Shown here one piece after another: positions 1-9,192 of a stretch of DNA of 64,000 nucleotides. The stretch is from Hydrolagus affinis. Its lineage: Eukaryota. A program made the translations under genes and the position numbers. Under the pieces are notes generated by a model that ran no database searches, was not told where the DNA came from, and saw only the letters and a program-made list of their open reading frames with translations. Numbering within the stretch: position 1 is the first letter of the stretch; the number at the start of each line of letters is the position of its first letter. The stretch is from assembly GCA_012026655.1 (NCBI GenBank), contig JAAILG010001512.1, positions 1 through 64,000 of the forward strand, given 5' to 3'.

Positions 1-1385
1 AGATTTTTGCTTCCAAGTTCAAACTGAATGGAGTCGTGTATTTCTGCGCAGAAAACAATTCTGCGCAACTTTCACTGTCCAGGCAAACGAGGTGAAGCCA
101 AGCAACTGCAACATGGAACATGCGTGACGTATAACATGTAGCGTGTCGTGCGGTGCTGGCTCCAGGTGTGTGGTGGGAGGGGGGGGGTGGGGGGTGGGTG
201 GGGGGGGGGGGGCAATGGGTTAATAGCTGATACATTATCTCAGGTTACTCCTCATGTCTTCCTTTAAGCTGCTGAGTTCCATGTTGATGCTCGTTTGCTC
301 TCTCCCTGACCCAGCAGATGATAGGAGCAGCAGCATCAGCAAAAAAATTGGGGAACTGGGTGGGTGGGGGGTGGGGGGGGAAAGTCACTTGTTCTGTGAC
401 TCTTTGTGCTTCTCAATCTCCTGTCCCCAAGTGAGACTACTATAAAGTGCCTTTTTTTGGAAAGCAACATTCCCGGGCGGTTCAGAGATCCAGAATTCCT
501 TCAAAACTTCTGTGGGAAGTCAGCTTCGAAACGAAATCACAGTGTGGGAGGCTTCCCAACCCTCTCGCTGGCCACTCACAATCCAGGACCGGGGTCTAGA
601 GGCTGAGACCAGAGGGGACTGCAGGCTTCTGGGCCTGGAACACATCACCGTCAGGGATGTTACCAGACTAAACACCCCCTAGTCTGAGCCCTGACACCGG
701 CATTGCCTTAACGGCAGGGAACTGCTTCTCAGCTCCCCACCCAGTCGGAGGCCATTTTCCCACAGCTTCATACAAACAGTTTTAAGACTCACTGTGAACG
801 TGGAAGGGTGTGAGTGGGTGGACTGAACCTGCCACCCCCAGCGCACCCGCCCTGACACCCCCAGCGCACCCGCCCTGACACCCATCTTGTGTCGCACTCG
901 CGGGATCTCGGTGCATGTGCTTTAATGCGCTTTGAGGTGTCCTCCCCGATGTCATGAACGCAAATCTGCTGTCCTGTCTGCGGCTGGGTGTGGCTGTCTG
1001 CGGCTGGGTGTGGCTGTATGTTCTGTGGGTGTCACTGTGTATTCTGTGCATCACTCTGTGTTATGTGCGTGTTCCCATACGTTCAGTACTGGCCGCCGTG
1101 TGGGGTACTCTTGCTGTACTGTGTATGTCACTGTAGGTTCAGTGCATGTTGCTGTGTGTTGTGCGCGGAGTGTTTGTCACTGTATGTTCTGGATTGATTG
1201 GTCTCAATGTGCACCGTGTGTGTGTGTGTGTGTGTATGGGGGGGGTGGGGGAGGTGGGTGGTGGGGGGGTGGTGGGGAATGCAGGGAATGTGAAAGAGAT
1301 TATTTTTGATTTTCTTACCAAAAAAAAATTCTAATTATTCTGCTTATGTCAAACATGAATAAAATTCATCCAAAATTTTTATGGT

Positions 1386-1391
1386 TTTATT
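1386..1391 (-). terminator. Candidate polyadenylation signal AATAAA of the CARD19-like gene
   Basis: tttatt on the + strand, followed on the minus strand by T-rich sequence. Confidence 0.4.
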
Positions 1392-1759
1392 TGTGTTGGA
1401 GTTTGTGTGACTGGCGATGTCAACACGACGAGCATTGATGGAGGACTGTGTCGCAGAGGCTGTGCCTGGGCCAGAGGCTGGGTGGGTGGGCAGTTGGGGC
1501 TGGGGACCATAGGACAGTCAATCCTATGGATAATTTCTATGTGTAGGTGGGAACAACAACAACAACAAAATGAGGTTTGTATATCGCCATTCACATCGGG
1601 ATCTCTCACTGAGCTCAAAGTTGTTAATGAACAATGGAAGTCAGAGCCAGGCAGTGACAACTCAAAAGGCAAGCGGGAACAGGATTGGAATTATTTACTA
1701 TTCCCAAATGGCAAACCCTGGGATGGCGGGGGGGGTCGCACGCTGACTGCTCCACGCTT

Positions 1760-1785
1760 TCAGCATAATATCATCGGTTCCGTAT
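1760..1785 (-). CDS. Tandem CARD19-like gene, probable terminal coding exon (DTEPMILC-stop)
   Basis: Strong acceptor (tc)n-tgcag| at 1787-1786; phase-1 reading reaches TGA at 1762-1760; AATAAA about 370 nt downstream. Alternative 3' exons are possible. Confidence 0.5.
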
Positions 1786-2589
1786 CTGCAGAGAGAGAGA
1801 GAGAGAGAGAGTCACACAGGCCTCACAGTAACCGCAACAACATAAACAGCCACACAGTGCCCTTCAGGCCGGACAGTGTCTTAGTGTTAACAACAACAAA
1901 ATCACATTCACACAGCGGCTTTCACATCAGGAGGACGTCAGGGATCGGCACCCGAGCAGTGGTTGGGATCAGGAGGGAGGGAGGGAGGGAGGGAGGGAGG
2001 GTAGGAAGGTGGCTGAAGGCACGGTCAAAGTGGTGGGTCTTGAGACTGGTCTTGAAGGAGGCAAGAGAGGAGGGGGTAAGGCAGAGGGACCGTGGGATGG
2101 AGTTCCAGAGGGTGGAGGAAGAAAGGATTAAGACACACAGTGTGTACTTGTTCCCTCCTCTTCAACAATGTATATGCTCCCCAGTGATGTCATCCTCTAT
2201 GGATGACATGGGGTCAATTTCCACATGTATGCGGATGACACCCAACTCAATCTCTCTACCTCCACCCTCAACTCCAGGACCACTGTTGTCCTGCAGATTG
2301 TCTGTCACGCATCAAGTCCTGGATGAGAGCCAATTCTCTCCAGTTGACTGTCACCAAGACCAAGGTCCTTTTGTTTGGCTCCCGTCAATGCCTCCACACC
2401 TCAGGCACTTGCAGTCTGAACCTCACTGAGCTGGCAGAGGTCACTGGCATCTTGTTTAACCCTCAATTTTCCTTTCTATCCCGCATCCATGCGTTCTGCT
2501 TTCACGCACCTCCACAACATCACCCGTCCCTCTCCCTGTCTCTCTCTCTCTCACCCATCTCTGTCTCTCGGTGACAGGGAAGTTCTTAC

Positions 2590-2743
2590 CATTGAGCTTG
2601 TTGCTGGGAAGTGAAGTGTAGACGTCACTGCTGTACAGCTCCAGAGCCTCGTAGAAGAGGCGGCAGGAACGTCTTCCCTTACTCCTCACGTCTCCAAGAA
2701 ACTCCGTCACTCGCCAGTGCAGCTCCTGGTTCCTGGTCAGGTA
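2590..2743 (-). CDS. Tandem CARD19-like gene, coding exon 5 (CARD2 C-half: YLTRNQELHWRVTEFLGDVRSKGRRSCRLFYEALELYSSDVYTSLPSNKLN)
   Basis: Acceptor ctctctcggacactcag|TAC, donor G|gtaaga, 154 nt, phase 0 to 1. 17/49 identical to exon 2 ungapped; GRRSCRLFYEAL resembles CARD19 GERDCQEFYRAL. Confidence 0.85.
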
Positions 2744-3091
2744 CTGAGTGTCCGAGAGAGTCAGTGAAAGTGAGACCGAATATGGAGAGTGAGAGATTGA
2801 TGGAGAAATTGAGACTGATGTCGACAGAGTGAGATTGATGGAGAAAGTTTGGCATAAAACACATTTCGGAGCCAAGAGAGAACACTAGGGTGGGTGAGAT
2901 CTACAATGATCATCAGGAAGAGTTGGGAAAGTTAAGAATAAAAGCAAACAGAGGACCAAGAAGAAGGTAGTACTGATGGGGGACAAGTAAGTCCGTCATC
3001 CGATCTTGGGTTGATCCTGTGAATCTATTCACTCTGGGTGTATCTCCGTCCACCCTCCCTGCCCTCCATTGCCCCCTGATCCCAGCTTGGG

Positions 3092-3397
3092 TGTGGCTCC
3101 TACAGCTCAGTGGTTAGAGCACTCACCTTACAAATGTGAGACCTGTGTTCGAATCCAGGCAGATCAGGATGAAATCTCTTACTCCACACACACAAGCCTA
3201 ATAATAATTTGTCCCAAAAAAACCTCAATAATCAAAATTGGTCATTTCAATCCACGACTGTTTGTGGGGGACGCTGCTGTGCACAATTGGCTGCCGCGTT
3301 TCACCCACAAATATACAGTCAATTCACTTTACAGTGTATTCTGTGAAGTGCTTTGAGACTTCGATAAGATGTGAAAAGCTCTATATTAAATGCAAGG

Positions 3398-3432
<35 letters not shown>
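3092..3432 (+). mobile_element. tRNA-derived SINE with Deu-like core and (ATT)n tail, near full length
   Basis: A box cagctcagtgg, B box gttcgaatcc, core gctgtgcacaattggctgccgcgttt, tail aaatgcaagg(att)n; many copies in the window. Confidence 0.9.
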
Positions 3433-3434
<2 letters not shown>

Positions 3435-3659
3435 TCCAGCGCCTTGGGACATGGAAGGCTCTGTGTAAAGGTATTTTGTTCTTGTGGTTGATGAGTTGTT
3501 CTGGATCTGAAGTGCTCTATTTTGGTGCAGTGTTGAGGAGAGAGTTTGACGAGGTGCTGATGGTCTGTCGCTCCCCAAACAGGAGAAACATTAACATTTC
3601 CCAGACATTCCAGGAAAAGAATTTGCATCAATCCATCCTGTGTTCAGAAAGATTCCTAC

Positions 3660-3799
3660 CTTCTCTTTCTCTGCCTTGTTGAAGACCATCTCACTGGTCA
3701 AATGCTGGACCAGCTGTTGGAGAACGGTATCATTCAGCCTGGCACTGTTCGTCAGTTGGGGAATGTCCCTCGTCAGCTTCTCACAGTAGATCTCTGACC
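3660..3799 (-). CDS. Tandem CARD19-like gene, coding exon 4 (CARD2 N-half: GSEIYCEKLTRDIPQLTNSARLNDTVLQQLVQHLTSEMVFNKAEKEK)
   Basis: Pyrimidine-rich acceptor ctgtgtctttcccctggaaag|GG, donor AAG|gtagga, 140 nt, phase 1 to 0, only one frame open. Resembles recalled human CARD19 YCDRLVQDTPFLTGHGRLSE...EAEK. Confidence 0.85.
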
Positions 3800-3929
3800 C
3801 TTTCCAGGGGAAAGACACAGAGCAAAAATGCCATTCAGAAACTTGTTTCACCTGGATCATGTGAGAGAATCCGACATGACCTCTCTCCCCCAAGGATCCT
3901 CATCCAAACATTCATCATGTTCAGGCTTG

Positions 3930-4358
3930 ACTGCCCCAACTCTCTGCTCACAGAACATTCCTAACTCTTCCCTTCACAAGCCCTTGCATGGTCTTGCCTC
4001 TCTGACCTGCTGTCCCCTTATGAACCTCCCCGCCCCCTCCATCAAACAGGCTCCAGCCTGCTCCGTATCCCCTCACCCCCAACGCAACCCACCCTACCAT
4101 CGGCGGACGGGCTTTCAGCCTCTCTGCCCCCACACTCTGAAACCCCATCCCACAGTCCCTTCACCTCGCTCCCTCCCTCACCTCCTTCAAAGCCAGTTTC
4201 AAGACCCTCCTCTTCGACCGTGCCTTCTGTTGCCCTCCCAACTCTCTCCCGCCTCTCTCCCCTACCCTGCCCCTCTCTGTGGCTCGGATCCCGACCTGAC
4301 TGTTCAGCGCCTCCCGACGTGAAAGGCTCTCTATAAATGTAATGTTGTTGTTGTTGCT
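3930..4358 (+). mobile_element. L2-clade LINE 3' end in an intron of the CARD19-like gene
   Basis: accatcggcggacgggctttcagc...gtgaaaggctctctataaatgtaat(gtt)n. Confidence 0.8.
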
Positions 4359-4656
4359 GCCTATTGAGAGCTTCTGCCCTGTCCTGCACCAGGCTCCACA
4401 TTCCCAGGTTTCCCATCTCACTCCGGCTTCACTGGCTCCAGTTCAATAGTCTTGCTCCTCCCTGGCTCTGTTCTCTTTTCAAACCCTACAATCCTGGTCA
4501 CTCACTCCGCTCAGAGGGCACCAGCCGGGTTCCTGTCCTCCCCGTCCACCCCACCATTGGTTATTGGCTGGGCTGGGGGCATGAGGGTACTGGGGAGGCT
4601 ATACCAGGGTGGGGGGGTGAGGATGGACTGAACTGGGATGGTGTGAGGGGAGGCTA

Positions 4657-4713
4657 GGCTGGGGGAGTGAGGGTGGGCTGGGGGAGTGAGGGTGGGCTGG
4701 GGGAGTGAGGAGT
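4657..4713. repeat. 19-bp G-rich minisatellite, about 3 copies
   Basis: Unit ggctgggggagtgagggtg. Confidence 0.85.
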
Positions 4714-4786
4714 GACTGATGATCTATTTGGATGGTTCACAGGTGAGGAAAGCGATCAGACGGGAGCGGGAAGTGAAGGTACTGAC

Positions 4787-4843
4787 CCTCAGGCTCTGGG
4801 TACCATTCTGTGTCTCTGGGAGTTGGTCCATCGACCTCACAAC
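4787..4843 (-). CDS. Tandem CARD19-like gene, coding exon 3 (linker GCEVDGPTPRDTEWYPEPEG)
   Basis: Acceptor tctgctctgctccag|GT, donor G|gtcagt, 57 nt, phase 1 to 1. Keeps frame between exons 2 and 4 and could be skipped without a frameshift. Confidence 0.6.
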
Positions 4844-4907
4844 CTGGAGCAGAGCAGATCGCCTCAGTCACCGCGGACAGCTCTGGGTCAGGGGATAACC
4901 CCCCCCA

Positions 4908-5290
4908 GACACACACACACACACACACATGCACTCACACCACACACGCCAACACACACATCACACACGCAAACACACACACACTTACACTCATACCACA
5001 CACATCACGCACGCACACACATCGCACACATAGACACACACATCACACCCACACACACACCACACACACAAATATCACACACCACGCATTACACACGTAC
5101 CACACAAACTTACCCATATCACACACACTCACATACATCATGCACACACACACGAGCGAGCTCCCACCTCCCCCTGCCTGGAGACAGACAGAGGCTGCGT
5201 GTTTTGTGTTGAGTGTGTGTTTGTGTGTTGTGTGTTGTACTTGTGTGTGTGTTGTGTTTGTGTGTGTATTTGTACTTGTGTTGCATGTCC
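4908..5290. repeat. Degenerate (CA)n block followed by a degenerate (TG)n block
   Basis: CA-rich 4908-5152, TG-rich about 5198-5288. Confidence 0.9.
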
Positions 5291-5450
5291 GAGGCTGATC
5301 CCTGTGCACGCTTTGCCCACAGTTAGTAAACAGGCCAGGCCAGCGGGGGAGAGAAACTCCTCTCTCAAGATCTCTCTCTTCACCTCTCCTCTCGCCCCAC
5401 TCCCCCCACCTCAACCCCAGCCCCACTCCCAGCCTCAGCCCGAGTCTTAC

Positions 5451-5598
5451 CTGATTTTGAAGGAAGCTGACAATAAGCTCCATTGTTTGCTTCTTTAAAC
5501 TCAAAATAAAAGAGAGCGATGGCGTCTGGGCCTTTCCTCTCCACACTGTCCAGGAATGAGGTGACGCGGGAGAGGAGGGAGGTCTTGCTGTTCCTGTA
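5451..5598 (-). CDS. Tandem CARD19-like gene, coding exon 2 (CARD1 C-half: YRNSKTSLLSRVTSFLDSVERKGPDAIALFYFEFKEANNGAYCQLPSKS)
   Basis: Acceptor catacag|TAC, donor G|gtaaga, 148 nt, phase 0 to 1. YRNSKTSLLSRV resembles human CARD19 FRNPKASLRVRL (recalled); G..FY..LPS motif present. Confidence 0.85.
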
Positions 5599-5850
5599 CT
5601 GTATGTGCGAGCGATAACAGATTTGTAAGTGAGGGTGAGGATCTGGAAGCTGACCGGTTTGGTAACAAGGTGAAGGGTGTTCGGTATTTGGTGCAGGTGA
5701 GGATTGGGGAGAACAAGAGGATGAAGAGAGAGAGAGAGAGATGGTATAGAAGAGAGAGAGAGAGAGATGGTATAAAAGGGAGAGACAGAGAGACAGGGTG
5801 AAGGTAGAGAGAGAGAAAGCCCCACACACACACACACAAGGCCGTTTTAC

Positions 5851-5988
5851 CTTTTGAAACTCCACCACGTTGATGACGCCCTTGGCTTGAAGGGAGTTGA
5901 GCACAATCTCTAGATCACTGTCAGATAGACCTGTCTTGTTGGTTAAATGGAGTCTGTCCATTTGCAGATCCATGCGATATTTATCCAT
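5851..5988 (-). CDS. Tandem CARD19/BinCARD-like gene, coding exon 1 (CARD1 N-half: MDKYRMDLQMDRLHLTNKTGLSDSDLEIVLNSLQAKGVINVVEFQK)
   Basis: ATG at 5988-5986, possible acceptor taag|A at 5991-5990, phase-0 donor AAG|gtaaaa at 5850. The 46 aa align ungapped to exon 4 (14/46 identical) and show a CARD-like helix pattern. Confidence 0.8.
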
Positions 5989-6020
5989 TCTTAAGTTTTG
6001 TTAAAGTAAAAGATTTCAGC

Positions 6021-6268
6021 AGAAAGTCCCAGCCCCAGCGCGGAGTTTGAACTTGAGATCTGACTGAGGCAAGATTGGTTCAGATGAAACTGTTTTTACA
6101 GAATTCTAATCTCATATTTCCATCTCCCCCCCCTGTTGTTTTCTATATAAACCCAGACCCTTCCTTTGATTCCCCTCTTTCCCCTCTTGTTTGTTCTTAT
6201 ACTTTGATGTTTCCTGCATCAGCTACAGCTTCTGACGCATTCTAAACACCTTCTGTGTGGAGTTCCCC
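6021..6268 (-). promoter_or_regulatory. Putative promoter of the CARD19-like gene (kB-like sites, TATA-like element, PU.1-like purine boxes)
   Basis: On the minus strand: GGGACTTTCT (6030-6021), GGGGAACTCC (6268-6259), TTTATATAGAA (about 6151-6141), AAGAGGGGAA twice (about 6188-6170). Motif matches only. Confidence 0.3.
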
Positions 6269-6450
6269 TGAATTTCTAAAGGTTTTCTGACTCAAGTCCA
6301 AAATGAAATCCAACTTTCTACAGTTGAATGTTAGCAAGACCGAGGCTCTCCGGATTGGCTCGCACCTCTACACCTCAGGCACTGACTGCATCACCATCCA
6401 CCGATGCACATTCCAGCTCAACAAGCCAGTCAGGAACCCGGGCATCTTGT

Positions 6451-6706
6451 TCAGAATACACTGTAAAGTGAATTGACTGTATATTTGTGGGCAAAACGCG
6501 GCAGCCAATTGCGCACAGCAGCGTCCCCCACAAACAGTCGTGGACTGAAATGACCAATTTTATTATTGGTTTTTTGGAGGGATTATTATTAGGTGTGTGT
6601 GTGGAGTAAGGAAACTTGCCTGTAAGGTTTTGTCTGGTCCGGGAATCAAAACTGGGTCCTCTCGCCTGCGAGGTGAGCGCTGTGATCACTGAGCCACAGG
6701 AATCCA
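6451..6706 (-). mobile_element. SINE copy, tail truncated
   Basis: Reverse complement of the head and core of the 3092 element. Confidence 0.85.
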
Positions 6707-7466
6707 TTAATCAGGGACTCAAGGACAATTCCAGATTGTGACTCGGGGGTTAAGAGAGGTTCAGAAAGACTTCCTCTTCCCTGGGGGTGGGGGTGGGGGT
6801 GATTTACGGGGAGAGGGGGTACAGCAGAGATGATTGGGGGCCATTTGAAATAATTGGTCGGGGGAGAGGGGAAAGAGCTGTGATGCCACCCCACATGAAG
6901 GCGCTATTTAAATGCAAGTTGTTGTTGTTGATGGAATCGGATTCCTGCAGCAGCAAACGCCAGTGCTGTGTAAAGACGCTGATTGTCTGTTCCGGGGAAA
7001 TGATCTGCAAATTCTTCCTGTTCTCAGGCTTTTTCAAGAAAAATCTTTTGAGAATTTTCCAAACAGTCATCCACTCTGAAGTTTGCTGCTACCTTGTGGC
7101 GAATCACAGGTATTGCAATGAATAAACATCTGTAAATATTCCCTTTGTTTGATTCCAACTAATTCAAACTCCGCCGCCAGTAATACTCTGAACTCCGCAC
7201 CCCCATCACACCGGCCCCGTCAGGCTCACTGGCTCCCCATCATTCAATGAATTGGCTTCAAGATCCTCACACTCATCTACAAATCCCTACACCTTCCGGC
7301 TCCTCCCTGGCTCTCTGCCCTGTTTACTCTCCACTCCACTCCCCGCTGCCTCCACCCGACTCGCTCTGGATACCACTGTGTAATCACCATTGGTTTTGGG
7401 AACTCCACCCTCTGGCATATATTCCGCACTTTCAGATTCACACCTGAAGACCTTTCTCTTGAACCG

Positions 7467-7753
7467 TGGAGTCATGTAGCTTCGTGGTTAGGGCGTTTCT
7501 CTTACTCCACACGCCGCTGGTACCTTGACTGGGGAATCCCTTCTCCGTGAGTAATAAAAACACGTGTGAATCACTCCGAAAAAATGTAGTCATTCAACTA
7601 GCGACTGCTTGTGGGACACCGCTGTGCGCAATTGACTGCTGCATTTCGCTTACAAATAGTTAATCCACTTTACAGTTTATTCTGTAAAGCACCTTGAGAT
7701 TCTCAATAATAAGATGCTGATAAGATGCTATATTAAATGCCAGGATTATTATT
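7467..7753 (+). mobile_element. Degenerate SINE copy
   Basis: gtggagtcatgtagc head remnant, core, aggattattatt tail. Confidence 0.75.
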
Positions 7754-9186
7754 CTGTGGGGAGGTGGTGGGGGGGGGACTGGCCACAGGCCGCACAAACA
7801 CTTCACTGCAATTCACACGTCAGATTTAAGTGCAATAAATAGCACTTTCCTGAATGACACAGAACCTGGAGTCGGTTGAGTCTGATATCCCAAATGTGAG
7901 TGTTTCATTCCGCATCCGGGTTTAACTTCTTTTTTTTTTTAAAATGACTTATTTACATCTGTAATTCAATATAACAGGAAAAACGTGCCGGACACCCAGA
8001 GTTATTACAGCTACACTTTGCTTGTGGCTGTGATTGGGGGTGACAGCAGTCAGTGTCAGTGTAGCCGGCTCTGTTTATTTGAGGGAAGGCAGGGGAGGGT
8101 CTGCCTGGCATCACCAACAATTTGATAACGTTTGGCGAAAAGGCGGAATGTTGCATTTCTATAACACATCAAAACATCGCGAGGCACTTCACAGTCTGTA
8201 GGTCAACTGGCCGAGAGTCAGTCGCTCCACCCTCAGCCAGTCACAAAGTTGTGGGTTCTTGCCCCACTCTGAACTCACAGACTTGGGTTGGTGTATTTGT
8301 CGGTGGGAGGGGTTGTGCTTTGTGTGAGATGGTAACAGCCTGTTCAGGGGACATTAACGATCCCATGGTACGATTTGACAAGAGAAAGGAGTTTCTCTCT
8401 CCTGGTGACCTGGTTAGCATTGAGGTCACTCTCTCCAAGACTGTCTGTGGGACATTGCTGTGAGCAAATTGGCTGCTATAATCACTACAAAACAGTCACT
8501 GCATGGTACAGTAAATCATCTAAACCCTTATTATTAAAGACCACTGTGTGTGGTGACTGTATTTTGCGAGGACCACAGTAGTTATGTGGCACACAGCAAT
8601 GTCCCACAAACAGCTGTGAATTTATTGAAAGCTCTGTTACTGTCCGTCTCAACCACTCCGCCTCCTCAGCCATCGCCAGATCACACAGGGAGACCTTCGT
8701 CTTCAACTCTTCCTGGGGTCACCTCCTTTCTCTCTCCCTTTTCCCGCTCGGCCTCAAGCTCCACCTGTGAGACCCTGCCCCGCGAAGGGCGCTGTGTAAA
8801 TACAACTTACTGTTTGCGGCAGGGCTGAGGCTTGCACTCCTGATTCAGTCAATGGACCTTGAACTCTCAGAATGAACCATCACCATCATCCTCCGCTCAC
8901 ACGAAACAGAAAAGTTTATTTTAATAGGAAACTCAAGGTGCAGGCAGTGCGGATCCATCTGCCCTCGGACTGTGTGGGAGTGAAGCTCTGTGTCTTTCTG
9001 CCACGTCCTTTGCCAACCTGAGTGTGTAACACACACCAACAGAGGCAATCATCAAGCAAGGGCAAAACCATGTGTCTTGAGGAGGTGAATCCAGTGACTA
9101 TGAACACACATGTGGCTGTGAGTTCTGCACAAACATACATATCAAGATGAACAGAAGGCCCTTAAACATGTACAGAAGCGACAGCG

Positions 9187-9192
9187 TTTATT
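9187..9192 (-). terminator. Candidate distal foxj3 poly(A) signal
   Basis: AATAAA followed by GT/T-rich sequence (tatgtatgtttgtgc) at the end of a UTR-like AT-rich block. Confidence 0.35.

Noticed and set aside
833-1017. Short direct repeats (22-bp and 19-bp units, two copies each)
   Set aside because: Ordinary tandem duplications without spacers; not CRISPR-like.
1407-2429. 340-aa plus-strand ORF
   Set aside because: Runs through microsatellites and L2 fragments antisense to the CARD gene; no recognisable protein.
3092-3165. tRNA-like sequence with A and B boxes (also at 36704 and 60218)
   Set aside because: It continues straight into the SINE core and tail, so it is a SINE head and not a tRNA gene.
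3517-3564. Possible alternative terminal exon TISTSSNSLLNTAPK-stop truncating CARD2
   Set aside because: Weak acceptor (ggggagcgacag), no homology and no nearby poly(A) signal; cannot be supported without reads.
5380-5988. 202-aa ORF as a single-exon CDS
   Set aside because: It is exons 1 and 2 of the CARD gene joined by an in-frame, low-complexity 252-nt intron with canonical splice sites.
1760-5988. NOD2, RIG-I/MDA5, caspase or Caiap identity for the tandem CARDs
   Set aside because: No NACHT, helicase, caspase or ankyrin exons follow in the window, and the residue pattern fits CARD19 better.
6804-7126. Short ORFs on both strands, plus-strand acceptor/donor-like sites and an AATAAA
   Set aside because: No homology and no consistent exon partners; both ORFs run into an L2 tail.
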